Of a DNA stretch of 36,396 bases, positions 21,250 to 29,541 are shown in pieces. The translations under genes were made by a program, and so were the position numbers. The DNA is from Candidatus Saccharimonadota bacterium (lineage in GTDB: Bacteria > Patescibacteriota > Saccharimonadia > Saccharimonadales > UBA4665): assembly GCA_028289045.1 (NCBI GenBank), contig JAQGHB010000051.1:1-36396 (forward strand), read 5' to 3'. Positions within the stretch are counted from its first letter, which is position 1, and the number at the start of each line of letters is the position of its first letter. The notes beneath the pieces are model-generated. The model was given only the letters and a program-made list of their open reading frames with translations, did no database searches and had not been told where the DNA came from.

Positions 21250-22467
21250 TTAAGGTTTCTGCTCCTCATTAGTCGGCTTGGTGATACTACCAGGTGTTTG
21301 GGGTTTTGGACTGTCGGGGTGGATTGAGATCGGTTTGCTCAGATCGCCAACTACCATGGTATCTGGTGTGCCTGAGCCGCCCATGCCGGATGGCGGGTTG
21401 AACTTATTCTTGCGAGGGATGATGAAGCCCGCGATACCGAGTCCGGCGATGACCAGGAGTATGAGACCGTAGATGAGCCAGCTTGGTGTGGCATGGGATG
21501 CAAGTTTGATATTGAACTCTTGCAAGTTCTGCTTGTCTGAAGTTGGTTGAACGACTTTAACTGACTGAGACTGTGTTTTGCCAGAGTATGTGACTTTCGC
21601 GTTATAGGTACCGACGGCCACGCCGATGAAGCCAGCCAAGCCGTTGGCATCAGTTTTAAGTGTTTTACCATCAAGGGTCACAGTAGCGCCCACCACAGCT
21701 TTGTCCTTGCTGTCATGCACTTTAATGGCGACAAAGTAGGTGCCTGGGGTCAAAATGCCTGGAGTTTCGCCGGTAGCGCCTGTGGTGTTAGGAGTAGTCG
21801 CGGGTGTTGGGGAACCTGATACACCAGTGGTTGATGGTTTTGTAGGCTTGGAAGTCGTCGAACCACCGGAAGCAGGCTTGGAGCTACTCGAGCCACCGCT
21901 AGATGCAGGTGGCGTCACGGGGGTCGGAGGTGTCACTGCCGCGGCTTTCAACACGAAGTTTGCTCCTGCAGGATCGTCATTCCAAAGATTTGAATGATCG
22001 ATGCTACTGGCGACGATGGCGGTCGCGCCAACAAAGCGCAGTGGCGTGCCTGATGATGTTCCGATGACTTTAAAGACAAGCGTACCAGCTGTTTGGCTGC
22101 CTGTAAGTTGACCATTGAGCTGAGCACGAATAATATTCGCTACGCCGCCGCTTGCATCGGTTGAAATATCGACACTGCTAAAGGCGGCTGCTGAAGCGTC
22201 AAGGCTGATAAATTGCAGGACGCTAGGATCGTAGCTGAGATCAACATGCACTGCGTTTACGGCTTGCGTGCCGCTATTCTCGGTAATCTTAGCGCTAATC
22301 GTGTCACCAACAGTGTATGTACCGCTGGAGGGAGTAATACTATAGATTGCATTGCCTGCGGCTTTGGCGCTATGAACAGCAAATCCCAGGACCGCTACAC
22401 CTATAACTACTGCTAAAAGCCCGCTATGGGCGAAGGTTTTTATTTTTGATTGGGGTTTTATGGTCAT
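21250..22467 (-). CDS. Membrane-anchored cohesin protein: signal, cohesin, P/S/T linker, Ig-like domain, C-terminal TM
   Basis: TVGDTI...VNAVHVDLSYDPSVLQF...GTLVFKV; long Ser/Thr/Pro/Gly linker; VVGATVTLDG...TDANGLA.F; hydrophobic WLIYGLILLVIAGLGIAGFII followed by RKNK. Confidence 0.75.
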   Translation of the reverse strand: MTIKPQSKIKTFAHSGLLAVVIGVAVLGFAVHSAKAAGNAIYSITPSSGTYTVGDTISAKITENSGTQAVNAVHVDLSYDPSVLQFISLDASAAAFSSVDISTDASGGVANIIRAQLNGQLTGSQTAGTLVFKVIGTSSGTPLRFVGATAIVASSIDHSNLWNDDPAGANFVLKAAAVTPPTPVTPPASSGGSSSSKPASGGSTTSKPTKPSTTGVSGSPTPATTPNTTGATGETPGILTPGTYFVAIKVHDSKDKAVVGATVTLDGKTLKTDANGLAGFIGVAVGTYNAKVTYSGKTQSQSVKVVQPTSDKQNLQEFNIKLASHATPSWLIYGLILLVIAGLGIAGFIIPRKNKFNPPSGMGGSGTPDTMVVGDLSKPISIHPDSPKPQTPGSITKPTNEEQKP

Positions 22468-22574
22468 GTATTGAATTTTCCCAAATATTTCTATATAAAT
22501 ATGACTATAGGCTATTCACATTAAAAGTACAACAAAAACGTAAGCTTTTTACAGTTTTATTCGGCAACCCCGTG

Positions 22575-23639
22575 TTACTGCCATCTTTTTCCGCAATATA
22601 ACACAAGTTCTGTTAAGTACGTTTTGAGCTGCACGGGCATGCCAACTTCTTGCAGCACGGTAACGGCGGCTGCGCAGTAGTCGCCTATCAGGGCTTCTAC
22701 TTTTGTATGGGCGCCATTTTTCTGCAAAATCTGTTGTACCGAGTTGAGCTGAACTCTAGTGGCTAATGGATTGCCGAGAATATCAAGGAGCTTTTGGCGA
22801 TCTGTTTGGCTGGAAAGGCGCAGACCGTAACTCATGAGTAGTGTGCGCTTGCCTTCCCGTATGTCGCTGAGCGTGGATTTGCCTAGGCGCTGCTCGTCGC
22901 CAAAAATGCCGAGTATGTCATCTCGCAACTGAAAAGCTGTGCCAATGTGGGCTCCAAATCGTTCTAGCTGATCGAGTTGTGGCTGGCTAGCTCCAGCCAG
23001 CAGCGCCCCGAGCTGTAGCGGCGTCGAAAAGCTATAGGCCGCGGTCTTGGTCTGACTGACGTGTAGGAGATGCGTATCGTCATCTGTTTCTTCCCAGGTA
23101 GTACCCAGTGGCAAAGCAGTATCGGCCAGCTCGCCCCCAACCACCGAAAAAGTGGTCTGATGCACCAAGGCTGCCGCGCGTAGCAGGTCAGTGGCCGGAA
23201 AGTCGCTGGCTAGCAGTACCTCATGCGAAAGATTATGACAAATATCGCCAGCGAGCAGCGCCCAGGCATTGGCGTAGTGATGCGCCTCGCTATCTTTTAT
23301 AGTTTTTCTAAGTTCCTCATAGTAATGACCGCTAATATTGGGGCCGCCCCAGCGCACCACGTCGCGGTCGATAATATCGTCGTGCACCAGAATAAAGGCA
23401 TGGAAAAGCTCTTGACTGGCAGCGACAGGGATAATAGCGTCGGACTTCTTGCCGCCGTAGGCTGTGTACGCTCGAATGACGAGTTCCGGACGCATACGTT
23501 TGCCGCCCCGCGCGATCAGTACGGCAATTTGCTCTAAGAGGTCGGCGTAGGCGGGGCCAATGGCCTGCGCCTGAGCTGATTTACTCGCGAGAAGTTGGGC
23601 TATGAACGCTTCTATTTGCTGCTTTGATGAGTCTCTCAT
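22575..23639 (-). CDS. Short-chain trans-polyprenyl diphosphate synthase (GGPP/FPP synthase-like)
   Basis: GGKRMRP, first Asp-rich motif FILVHDDIIDRD..RWG with Phe at -5, KTAAYSF, FQLRDDILG, GK...SDIREGKRT. Confidence 0.92.
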   Translation of the reverse strand: MRDSSKQQIEAFIAQLLASKSAQAQAIGPAYADLLEQIAVLIARGGKRMRPELVIRAYTAYGGKKSDAIIPVAASQELFHAFILVHDDIIDRDVVRWGGPNISGHYYEELRKTIKDSEAHHYANAWALLAGDICHNLSHEVLLASDFPATDLLRAAALVHQTTFSVVGGELADTALPLGTTWEETDDDTHLLHVSQTKTAAYSFSTPLQLGALLAGASQPQLDQLERFGAHIGTAFQLRDDILGIFGDEQRLGKSTLSDIREGKRTLLMSYGLRLSSQTDRQKLLDILGNPLATRVQLNSVQQILQKNGAHTKVEALIGDYCAAAVTVLQEVGMPVQLKTYLTELVLYCGKRWQ

Positions 23640-25495
23640 TTCTGATATTCCAATATAAATTTTTGAGTTTCCTGGCTACCGGCGACGGCCCGTTCGGCTG
23701 ACGCTTCCAATGGAGTGAGCCAATCTAAAAACAGCTTTGGGCTGGCTATGTCGGATTGAGTGAGCGCTTTACGGGCGGCGCTGCTATGACTCGTGATGAG
23801 CTCGGCGACAACATGTATGGTCGATCGCCAAAATATCTGCCGCAAAACAGGCAATTCGGTTTTGAGGTTGATCGATCCCGCAGCGCCGTGCTCTTTGAGT
23901 AGCAAGCAAGCCACCGCGCTCAAGTGGCCGCGCGCCAGATCTTCTTCCCAATCATGGGCGTCATCATTAAGCTGGCGCGCAATCAGGAAATGATGAAAAA
24001 ATTTCTGAAGTTGCGGCACTTTGGCTGCACTGTTTCCGGCCATCAGCACGCCGCAGGCCGCCAAGCTGTGCCCCCACGAGCGCTCTGCCAGCTGCCGGTA
24101 GTCTCCATATGTCGGCAAGGTGTAGTGTAGCCTGCCCTTTAGCGCGGTGGCCCGAGCTTGAGTAACTTCCCAGAGATTGGCAGTGTCCATGGCGACAAAA
24201 GCGTCATCAACCAGTGCGGTAAAACGTACGTTGTCAGGCAGCGCTTTGGCAAAATGTGTAACCGATTGGCGGAGCGCGTAGTGCGCCGCGCTCAGCAGTG
24301 CCAGCTGTCCTTCCTCATCCAAAAAGTCATCATAGATACTGTAGGCAATCCAGCCATTGAGGCTACCCAGGTTGAGCTGTTCTAACATTTTTTTGTCGGC
24401 TGTACGGTCGTAGGCTCGGGCTGTCAGTGTGGCCATATCGCTAATTTGGCCATCATGATCACGCGCAGCAATTTGCCTAACAATGTTTTGATACGCTGTA
24501 CCGAGTTCCGCGGGTAGCGATTTGCTGCTGGCAAGGGCCGCTCGTATGGTCGGGCTGGTCACGACGAGAGTTTTTTTCGGTGTTTCCTCGGAATGGATTT
24601 CAGAAAGCGCTTCCAGCGCAAACGCAGTCGTCAATGCCGCCGAACCGGCGTAATACTGCTGACCATCGAGATGTGGGTCAACGTACAGCGCTTCGGCTGG
24701 CCAGTGTCCGTCATGGCGCAGCGCCAGCAATCGTCTACGCGCGGAAGCAATTTTGGATGCTGGCAGCTGTATATTGCGGGCGGCGGTTATAAGAAGCGCC
24801 AGCTGCAAGCTAGTATGAGTTTTGGACGCGTCCAAGCTGTCGGCAACGAGTTTTTGGAGCGCATTCAGCTGGGGCCCCTTGTACCAGCGCGACAGAAAAT
24901 ATAACGAAGGAATACTGCTCACGTAGTACGGCGATCTCAGCGTATTTTTCTGGATGGCTTCATCCAAGAAGCTGTTTAGACCAGCCAGCTCAACGCCTTG
25001 CCGGCTAAAAAAAGCACCAATATTAGCGTTGACCACAACATCGATATCTTGCCACTGCGTGCCATCAGATTTCACTAGCCAGGTACGATACGGTCCGCCT
25101 GGTGCCGCCTCGGTGGCAATCAGTAATTTAGCGAATTGAGCCAGCGCGGCGGCATCAACTAGCGTGGAGTTGAAGCTCTGCAGCGCCAAAAGCGCGCAAC
25201 TAGTATCGTCGAGATCATCCGGATACGGGTGCTGCAGGGCCATATCGCTGCTAGTTTGCCAGTAGTTCCAGGATCCCTGCGGACTCTGTTGGCCTTGCAA
25301 AAAAGCGACTGCTGCGGCGCGAATAGAATCAGTACCCGCGACATTGCGCAGACACCATACAATCAGCGATGTAAAAAAGTTGGTAGGATGCTGCCGCGTT
25401 GGTTCAAACGGCATCATCGCAGTACTGGCCTGCCCCATAAAACTGCCGTCCGCGGCTTGCTGGTTCGCCAAGTATGCCACCCCCTCTGTCATCAT
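23636..25495 (-). CDS. Fusion of a class II terpene cyclase (single beta domain) and a class I isoprenoid-synthase-fold domain (ComQ-like prenyltransferase or terpene synthase)
   Basis: N-half: QW-like repeats QQAADGSF and QQSPQGSW, catalytic DxDD in YPDDLDDT, DIDVVVNANI. C-half: IYDDFLDEE (DDxxD) and RQLNDDAHDWEED. ATGA overlaps at both ends. Confidence 0.78.
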   Translation of the reverse strand: MMTEGVAYLANQQAADGSFMGQASTAMMPFEPTRQHPTNFFTSLIVWCLRNVAGTDSIRAAAVAFLQGQQSPQGSWNYWQTSSDMALQHPYPDDLDDTSCALLALQSFNSTLVDAAALAQFAKLLIATEAAPGGPYRTWLVKSDGTQWQDIDVVVNANIGAFFSRQGVELAGLNSFLDEAIQKNTLRSPYYVSSIPSLYFLSRWYKGPQLNALQKLVADSLDASKTHTSLQLALLITAARNIQLPASKIASARRRLLALRHDGHWPAEALYVDPHLDGQQYYAGSAALTTAFALEALSEIHSEETPKKTLVVTSPTIRAALASSKSLPAELGTAYQNIVRQIAARDHDGQISDMATLTARAYDRTADKKMLEQLNLGSLNGWIAYSIYDDFLDEEGQLALLSAAHYALRQSVTHFAKALPDNVRFTALVDDAFVAMDTANLWEVTQARATALKGRLHYTLPTYGDYRQLAERSWGHSLAACGVLMAGNSAAKVPQLQKFFHHFLIARQLNDDAHDWEEDLARGHLSAVACLLLKEHGAAGSINLKTELPVLRQIFWRSTIHVVAELITSHSSAARKALTQSDIASPKLFLDWLTPLEASAERAVAGSQETQKFILEYQK

Positions 25496-26898
25496 GAACT
25501 CGGCTTAGTCTGGCTGCGCAGTCTGACAGTAAAACAAGTGCCGCGCTTCGGCGAACTGGTGACAGTGATGCGGCCCATAAAATCAGCGGTGACAATCTGC
25601 TGTACCATCGCCAGACCAATGCCCATATTCTGCTGATTATGCTGCTTAGTGCTGTAGAACGGCTCGAAAATATGCTGCTTTTCATCTGCGCTGAGGCCGT
25701 GTCCCCAGTCGCAGACCTGCACCTGACAGGTTTTCTCGGTGCGCTTAATGGTGATGACTACGCGCCTTTCACCAAAAGGTGTCGGGTGGTCATCGTATGC
25801 TTCAATGCTATTAATAAGCAGGTTAGCGATTAGCTGATTGAACTTCACCGGATCGCCAAACAAGCGAATCTGAGCGTCGCTTATGATCTCAAACTTGACG
25901 CCACCCTCGCGGGCTCGGTGGCCGAGAATACGCGTCACTTGCTTTACTTCCTGGTGCAGGCTGAAATTAGTGAGGTTGCCCTGCCCTTTGAGCTGCTTGC
26001 GTGCAGCGTCAACGAAGCGTTCAATGTGCTGCAGACTTTGAACGGCTCGGCGCAGCAGAACTGGCCGCGGCTCACTGCTGTGTTGCTCTAAGTTCAGTGA
26101 TGCTACCGTCAAAGGATTTGACATTTCATGTAGTAAACCGGCACTGAGCCGCCCAAATTCTGCTAGGCGCTGTAATTCCATAACGCGGACGAGTTGCGCC
26201 TGCTCTAGCTCGCGAGTGCGCTCGGCGACTTTAACTTCCAGATTATCGCGCTCTAGTTCCAGCGCATGTTCGGAGGTGCGAGCCCGAGCTAGCGAGCGAG
26301 TGGTCTCACGATTGGCCAGCCAGGCCACCAGCCCGATTATCAAAAGTATAACGGTGTAGCCAATCGCCGAGGCCATTTCAAGTCTAAAACCTGCCCAGCT
26401 CAGGTCGGGATGAAGATAGCCGTACACTTGCGCGTAACTGATTGGCAAAAGTCCCACCGCGACAACGCAGCTGGCAATCAGCGCCGCCCGCGCGGTGAGC
26501 AAGACGCCAGCTATAACAATGGCGAGCGCCAGAACAAGTTGAGCTGAGGGTAATTCAAAACTCCATGTCAGAACGAGCTGTAGGGCTGCGACCAGTAAAA
26601 ATCCCACCAATACGTAGGCGACAACTTGGTGGTAGCCTTTGCGTGATAATTTCCATAAGCCAGCGATAACCACCGTAAAAACAAGCAGTATTGGCAACGC
26701 AGAACCTTTGCCGCCACCATCCAGACGATTACCTATATTAGAAAGATCAGCAATAACCGCGATGACCGTTAGTCCACAGAGCAAAATATTCAGAATAAGC
26801 TCTCGACGCTGCTGGTCTGGGGTCAAGCTGCGCGGCGCGAGAAATTTTTTGTACCAATTTGAGGTGTCAATTTGAAAGCGGAAACGGGACACAGGCAC
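25492..26898 (-). CDS. Polytopic membrane sensor histidine kinase (HisKA + HATPase_c)
   Basis: About 6 hydrophobic segments with short loops, coiled coil, H-box GLLHEMSNPL, N-box QLIANLLINS, DWGHG, FEPFYSTK, GIGL. Confidence 0.95.
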   Translation of the reverse strand: MPVSRFRFQIDTSNWYKKFLAPRSLTPDQQRRELILNILLCGLTVIAVIADLSNIGNRLDGGGKGSALPILLVFTVVIAGLWKLSRKGYHQVVAYVLVGFLLVAALQLVLTWSFELPSAQLVLALAIVIAGVLLTARAALIASCVVAVGLLPISYAQVYGYLHPDLSWAGFRLEMASAIGYTVILLIIGLVAWLANRETTRSLARARTSEHALELERDNLEVKVAERTRELEQAQLVRVMELQRLAEFGRLSAGLLHEMSNPLTVASLNLEQHSSEPRPVLLRRAVQSLQHIERFVDAARKQLKGQGNLTNFSLHQEVKQVTRILGHRAREGGVKFEIISDAQIRLFGDPVKFNQLIANLLINSIEAYDDHPTPFGERRVVITIKRTEKTCQVQVCDWGHGLSADEKQHIFEPFYSTKQHNQQNMGIGLAMVQQIVTADFMGRITVTSSPKRGTCFTVRLRSQTKPSS

Positions 26899-26927
26899 AA
26901 CCTATACAGTAGTAATATTGATGTTTT

Positions 26928-26957
26928 ATGAAGGGATCGGTTACCCGATCCCTTCAT
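26928..26957 (-). terminator. Perfect 13-bp stem-loop with a GUAA (GNRA) tetraloop just after the peptide stop codon; 3' stabiliser or U-tract-less terminator
   Basis: atgaagggatcgg-ttac-ccgatcccttcat; the loop reads GTAA on the minus strand; no U-tract on either side. Confidence 0.7.
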
Positions 26958-26959
26958 CA

Positions 26960-27076
26960 CTAGGCTACGTCAGCCCATGGCGTAAATGTCTCCGCCATGG
27001 AACTCGCCAAGTCTGGCATGCTCGCCGCGTCGCGTGCCGACACGTCGGTGAGCACTGTTTGCAAGAGCTCGTTCAT
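26960..27076 (-). CDS. 38-aa putative ComX-like pheromone/RiPP precursor MNELLQTVLTDVSARDAASMPDLASSMAETFTPWADVA (not in ORF track)
   Basis: Hand-translated ATG 27076 to TAG 26960; SD-like AAAGGGGG 6 nt before the ATG; single Trp at position 34 of 38; lies between RR and HK and is followed by a hairpin. Confidence 0.75.
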   Translation of the reverse strand: MNELLQTVLTDVSARDAASMPDLASSMAETFTPWADVA

Positions 27077-27096
27077 TGCCTACCCCCTTTATATTA

Positions 27097-27786
27097 CTAT
27101 GTGCTACTACTTTTGAATGCATCAATTTTGTAGCCAAGTCCATGTACCGTTTTGATTAACGGTGTCCCAAATGGGCGGTCAATTTTGTCGCGCAGGTATT
27201 TGATGTGCACGTCAACGGTATTGGTCAATGAATCATCGGTATCGTCCCAGGCGTAGCTGCTGAGCGTGGCCCGCGTCACGACCATGCCGGTATTTTGCAT
27301 CAGGCATTCCAGGACGGCGAATTCTTTGCGCCGCAGCGGAATGTTTTGCCCTGCTCGCTGTACTAGGTGCTTAATGGTATCAAGCTCCAGATCGCCGACA
27401 ACCAGACGATGGCGACTTTTGGATGAGCTGCCTGGACGGCGCGTCAGCACCCGCAAGCGAGCTTTTAGCTCGTCCATACTGAAAGGCTTGGTGAGATAGT
27501 CGTTGGCTCCGCTGTCGAGGAGGGTTACCTTGTTCATAACTTCAGTGGCACCGCTTAAAACCAGGATAGGCGTGGTGAGCCCGCTGGTACGAACTCGCTC
27601 GCAGATTTTGAGGCCTGGCGAATCAGGAAGGTTTAAATCCAGAATAATAGCGTCGTATGGGTGCTCGGTGAGCTTTTGCATGGCTCGGGCGCTGGTACCG
27701 ACCGTATCCACCGTATATAGCGTCGCTAGGGCGCGGTACAGCACCAGAACTATGCCTGGATCATCTTCTACAATCAGTAAGCGCAT
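27097..27786 (-). CDS. OmpR/PhoB-family response regulator
   Basis: LLIVEDD, ILDLNLP (phosphoacceptor Asp), GANDYLTKPF, winged-helix TNTVDVHIKYLRDKI...IKTVHGLGY; TATAAT 12 nt upstream of the ATG. Confidence 0.96.
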   Translation of the reverse strand: MRLLIVEDDPGIVLVLYRALATLYTVDTVGTSARAMQKLTEHPYDAIILDLNLPDSPGLKICERVRTSGLTTPILVLSGATEVMNKVTLLDSGANDYLTKPFSMDELKARLRVLTRRPGSSSKSRHRLVVGDLELDTIKHLVQRAGQNIPLRRKEFAVLECLMQNTGMVVTRATLSSYAWDDTDDSLTNTVDVHIKYLRDKIDRPFGTPLIKTVHGLGYKIDAFKSSST

Positions 27787-27865
27787 AAGATTTTAATCAT
27801 TATAGAGTTATTATCACCCTCAATCATTAAAAAATTATTAACTTTTACCTAAATTAGATGAAAAG

Positions 27866-28126
27866 TTAAGATCGTCGACGTGTCATGAGGCGTAAATTCG
27901 ACAGATATTGCTGCGGATTAACCTTGGGATGCTCGCTGAGGTAATGCATGTGCTTGTCGATAAATGAGATGTTGTGCTCGGGATGATCAACTTCATTGGC
28001 GCTGTAGCTGGATTCGGTGTTGTAGGATATGTCGCGCTCCATAGCGGTGAGGATGGCTTTAATTGCAGCGGCTTCCTCGGAGTCATAAAAACGGCGTTTG
28101 CTGGCGGTGGCATGCATGTTAGACAT
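27866..28126 (-). CDS. Hypothetical protein (about 86 aa)
   Basis: Protein-like composition; co-oriented with the RR; overlaps the stop of the upstream micro-ORF. Confidence 0.65.
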   Translation of the reverse strand: MSNMHATASKRRFYDSEEAAAIKAILTAMERDISYNTESSYSANEVDHPEHNISFIDKHMHYLSEHPKVNPQQYLSNLRLMTRRRS

Positions 28127-28187
28127 CGTTTTTCACTTTCGGCTGTTTGGGTTTTTTAACTTCTTTACGTCCCTTGTCTTTCGACAT
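28119..28187 (-). CDS. 22-aa Lys-rich micro-protein MSKDKGRKEVKKPKQPKVKNDV (not in ORF track)
   Basis: Hand-translated; strong SD AGGGGAG 6 nt upstream; its stop overlaps the start of the next ORF. Confidence 0.5.
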   Translation of the reverse strand: MSKDKGRKEVKKPKQPKVKNDV

Positions 28188-28341
28188 AGTATTCTCCCCT
28201 GTTAGGTATGGCGTGATCGGCTGGATAATTCTGATCCTCCGGCCAGGCTTACTCCTTAGTATGCGCCTTTTTGGCCATTTTGCCTAGCTCGTGTCTGATT
28301 ACGCCAGTACGACTACTGGCAGAACCTACAAAACTATAATA

Positions 28342-28370
28342 TTGAAAAATAATGAAAGACGTGTTAAAAT
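28342..28370 (+). promoter_or_regulatory. Sigma70-type promoter for the GT2 gene
   Basis: TTGAAA (28342-28347), 17-bp spacer ending TGT (extended -10), TAAAAT (28365-28370); ATG at 28381. Confidence 0.65.
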
Positions 28371-28380
28371 ATTGTTAATT

Positions 28381-29541
28381 ATGAAGACCGAGACAACTTC
28401 AGCTCGTCTGTTAAAAACACAGGCCCAACATTCTTCAAGCGCACGTGTATACAAGAAGAAGCTAGCTTTGCTGCTGCCTGCTCACAATGAAGAACTTATT
28501 ATCCAGGCCACCATTCTGTCGGCCATCGCCGCTGGCCAGCCCAAAGACCGTATTTTTGTGGTTGACGATAACTCATCGGATAAAACTCGCCGCAAAGCAA
28601 TGGAAATACTGGGACATAAGCAAGTCCTAACCGTTCAGCGCAGTGGCAAGGCCCTAGCTGTTTACAAGGCAATACGTCGCTTCAAAATTGTGGAACGCTA
28701 TCGCTGGTTGCACGTGGCTGACGCCGACAGCGTCTTCGGAAGTGATTATTTCCGAATCTACAGTCCGGCGCTCAAAGGCAAAGAGTACGTCGCAGCTGTG
28801 GGTTTCGTGCAGAGCCTACGTGGCAACTGGATCAGTAAATATCGAGTGTTTAGCTACACCTACGGACAGCAAATATTGAGACGCATGCAGTCAAAGGTGG
28901 GTATGATATCGGTCTTTCCTGGGCCTGTCACCAGTTTTCGTACTGACATCATTGAAAAGCTTGATTTCTCGGCCGAAAGCCTTACCGAAGATTTTGATAT
29001 TACATTACAATTCCATCGCCAGAAATTAGGCAAAATCCGCTATATACCTAATGCTGTTAACTTTACGCAGGATCCTCAAACACTTCGTGATTTCTGTAAG
29101 CAAACTGCGCGTTGGCATCGTGGATTTTTCCAGGGCGTTCGAAGGCATAAAATTGGCCGTCGTGCACAGCCCATCGATCTATACATCGGCTATCAGCTGA
29201 CCGAAACAGTGCTTTATTTGGCACAAATTTTTATACTCCTGCCGCTGCTTATTTTTAGTACACACCCTCATCGCTGGAGCATCATCCCGCTCTTTATGTT
29301 GACTGAATATTTTATGATTTGTATCATCGCGATTTTTACCGCTGCCGCCGCGAAGAGGCCCATCAGTCTGAGCGTTGTGCCAGTATTCTACCTGATGCGT
29401 ATGCTCGAGCTAGGAATCTTTACGATGGCGTTTTTCGAAGTCATTGTGCTGCGACGCTTTCAGCAGCAAACCATCGGCTGGCAAACCGAAAATCGTCGTT
29501 ACTCATTGGATAGTAATGCTCTGCAGGATGCAGCCTCATGA
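28381..29541 (+). CDS. Processive GT2 polysaccharide synthase (PgaC/IcaA/cellulose-synthase-like)
   Basis: PAHNEE, VVDDNSSD, GKA, DAD, LTEDFD, QTARW (QxxRW), C-terminal TM helices. Start moved to ATG 28381. Confidence 0.9.
   Translation: MKTETTSARLLKTQAQHSSSARVYKKKLALLLPAHNEELIIQATILSAIAAGQPKDRIFVVDDNSSDKTRRKAMEILGHKQVLTVQRSGKALAVYKAIRRFKIVERYRWLHVADADSVFGSDYFRIYSPALKGKEYVAAVGFVQSLRGNWISKYRVFSYTYGQQILRRMQSKVGMISVFPGPVTSFRTDIIEKLDFSAESLTEDFDITLQFHRQKLGKIRYIPNAVNFTQDPQTLRDFCKQTARWHRGFFQGVRRHKIGRRAQPIDLYIGYQLTETVLYLAQIFILLPLLIFSTHPHRWSIIPLFMLTEYFMICIIAIFTAAAAKRPISLSVVPVFYLMRMLELGIFTMAFFEVIVLRRFQQQTIGWQTENRRYSLDSNALQDAAS

Noticed and set aside
19722..22467. Cellulosome
   Set aside because: No dockerin-bearing glycoside hydrolase and no multi-cohesin scaffoldin in the window.
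23636..25495. Squalene-hopene cyclase / hopanoid pathway
   Set aside because: DxDD lies in the first 100 residues of a single cyclase domain followed by a class I fold, unlike the two-barrel SHC; no hpn or squalene synthase genes nearby.
26918..27133. 71-aa plus-strand ORF between HK and RR
   Set aside because: Antisense to the operon, runs through the hairpin and overlaps the RR; the minus-strand 38-aa ORF has the SD and the context.
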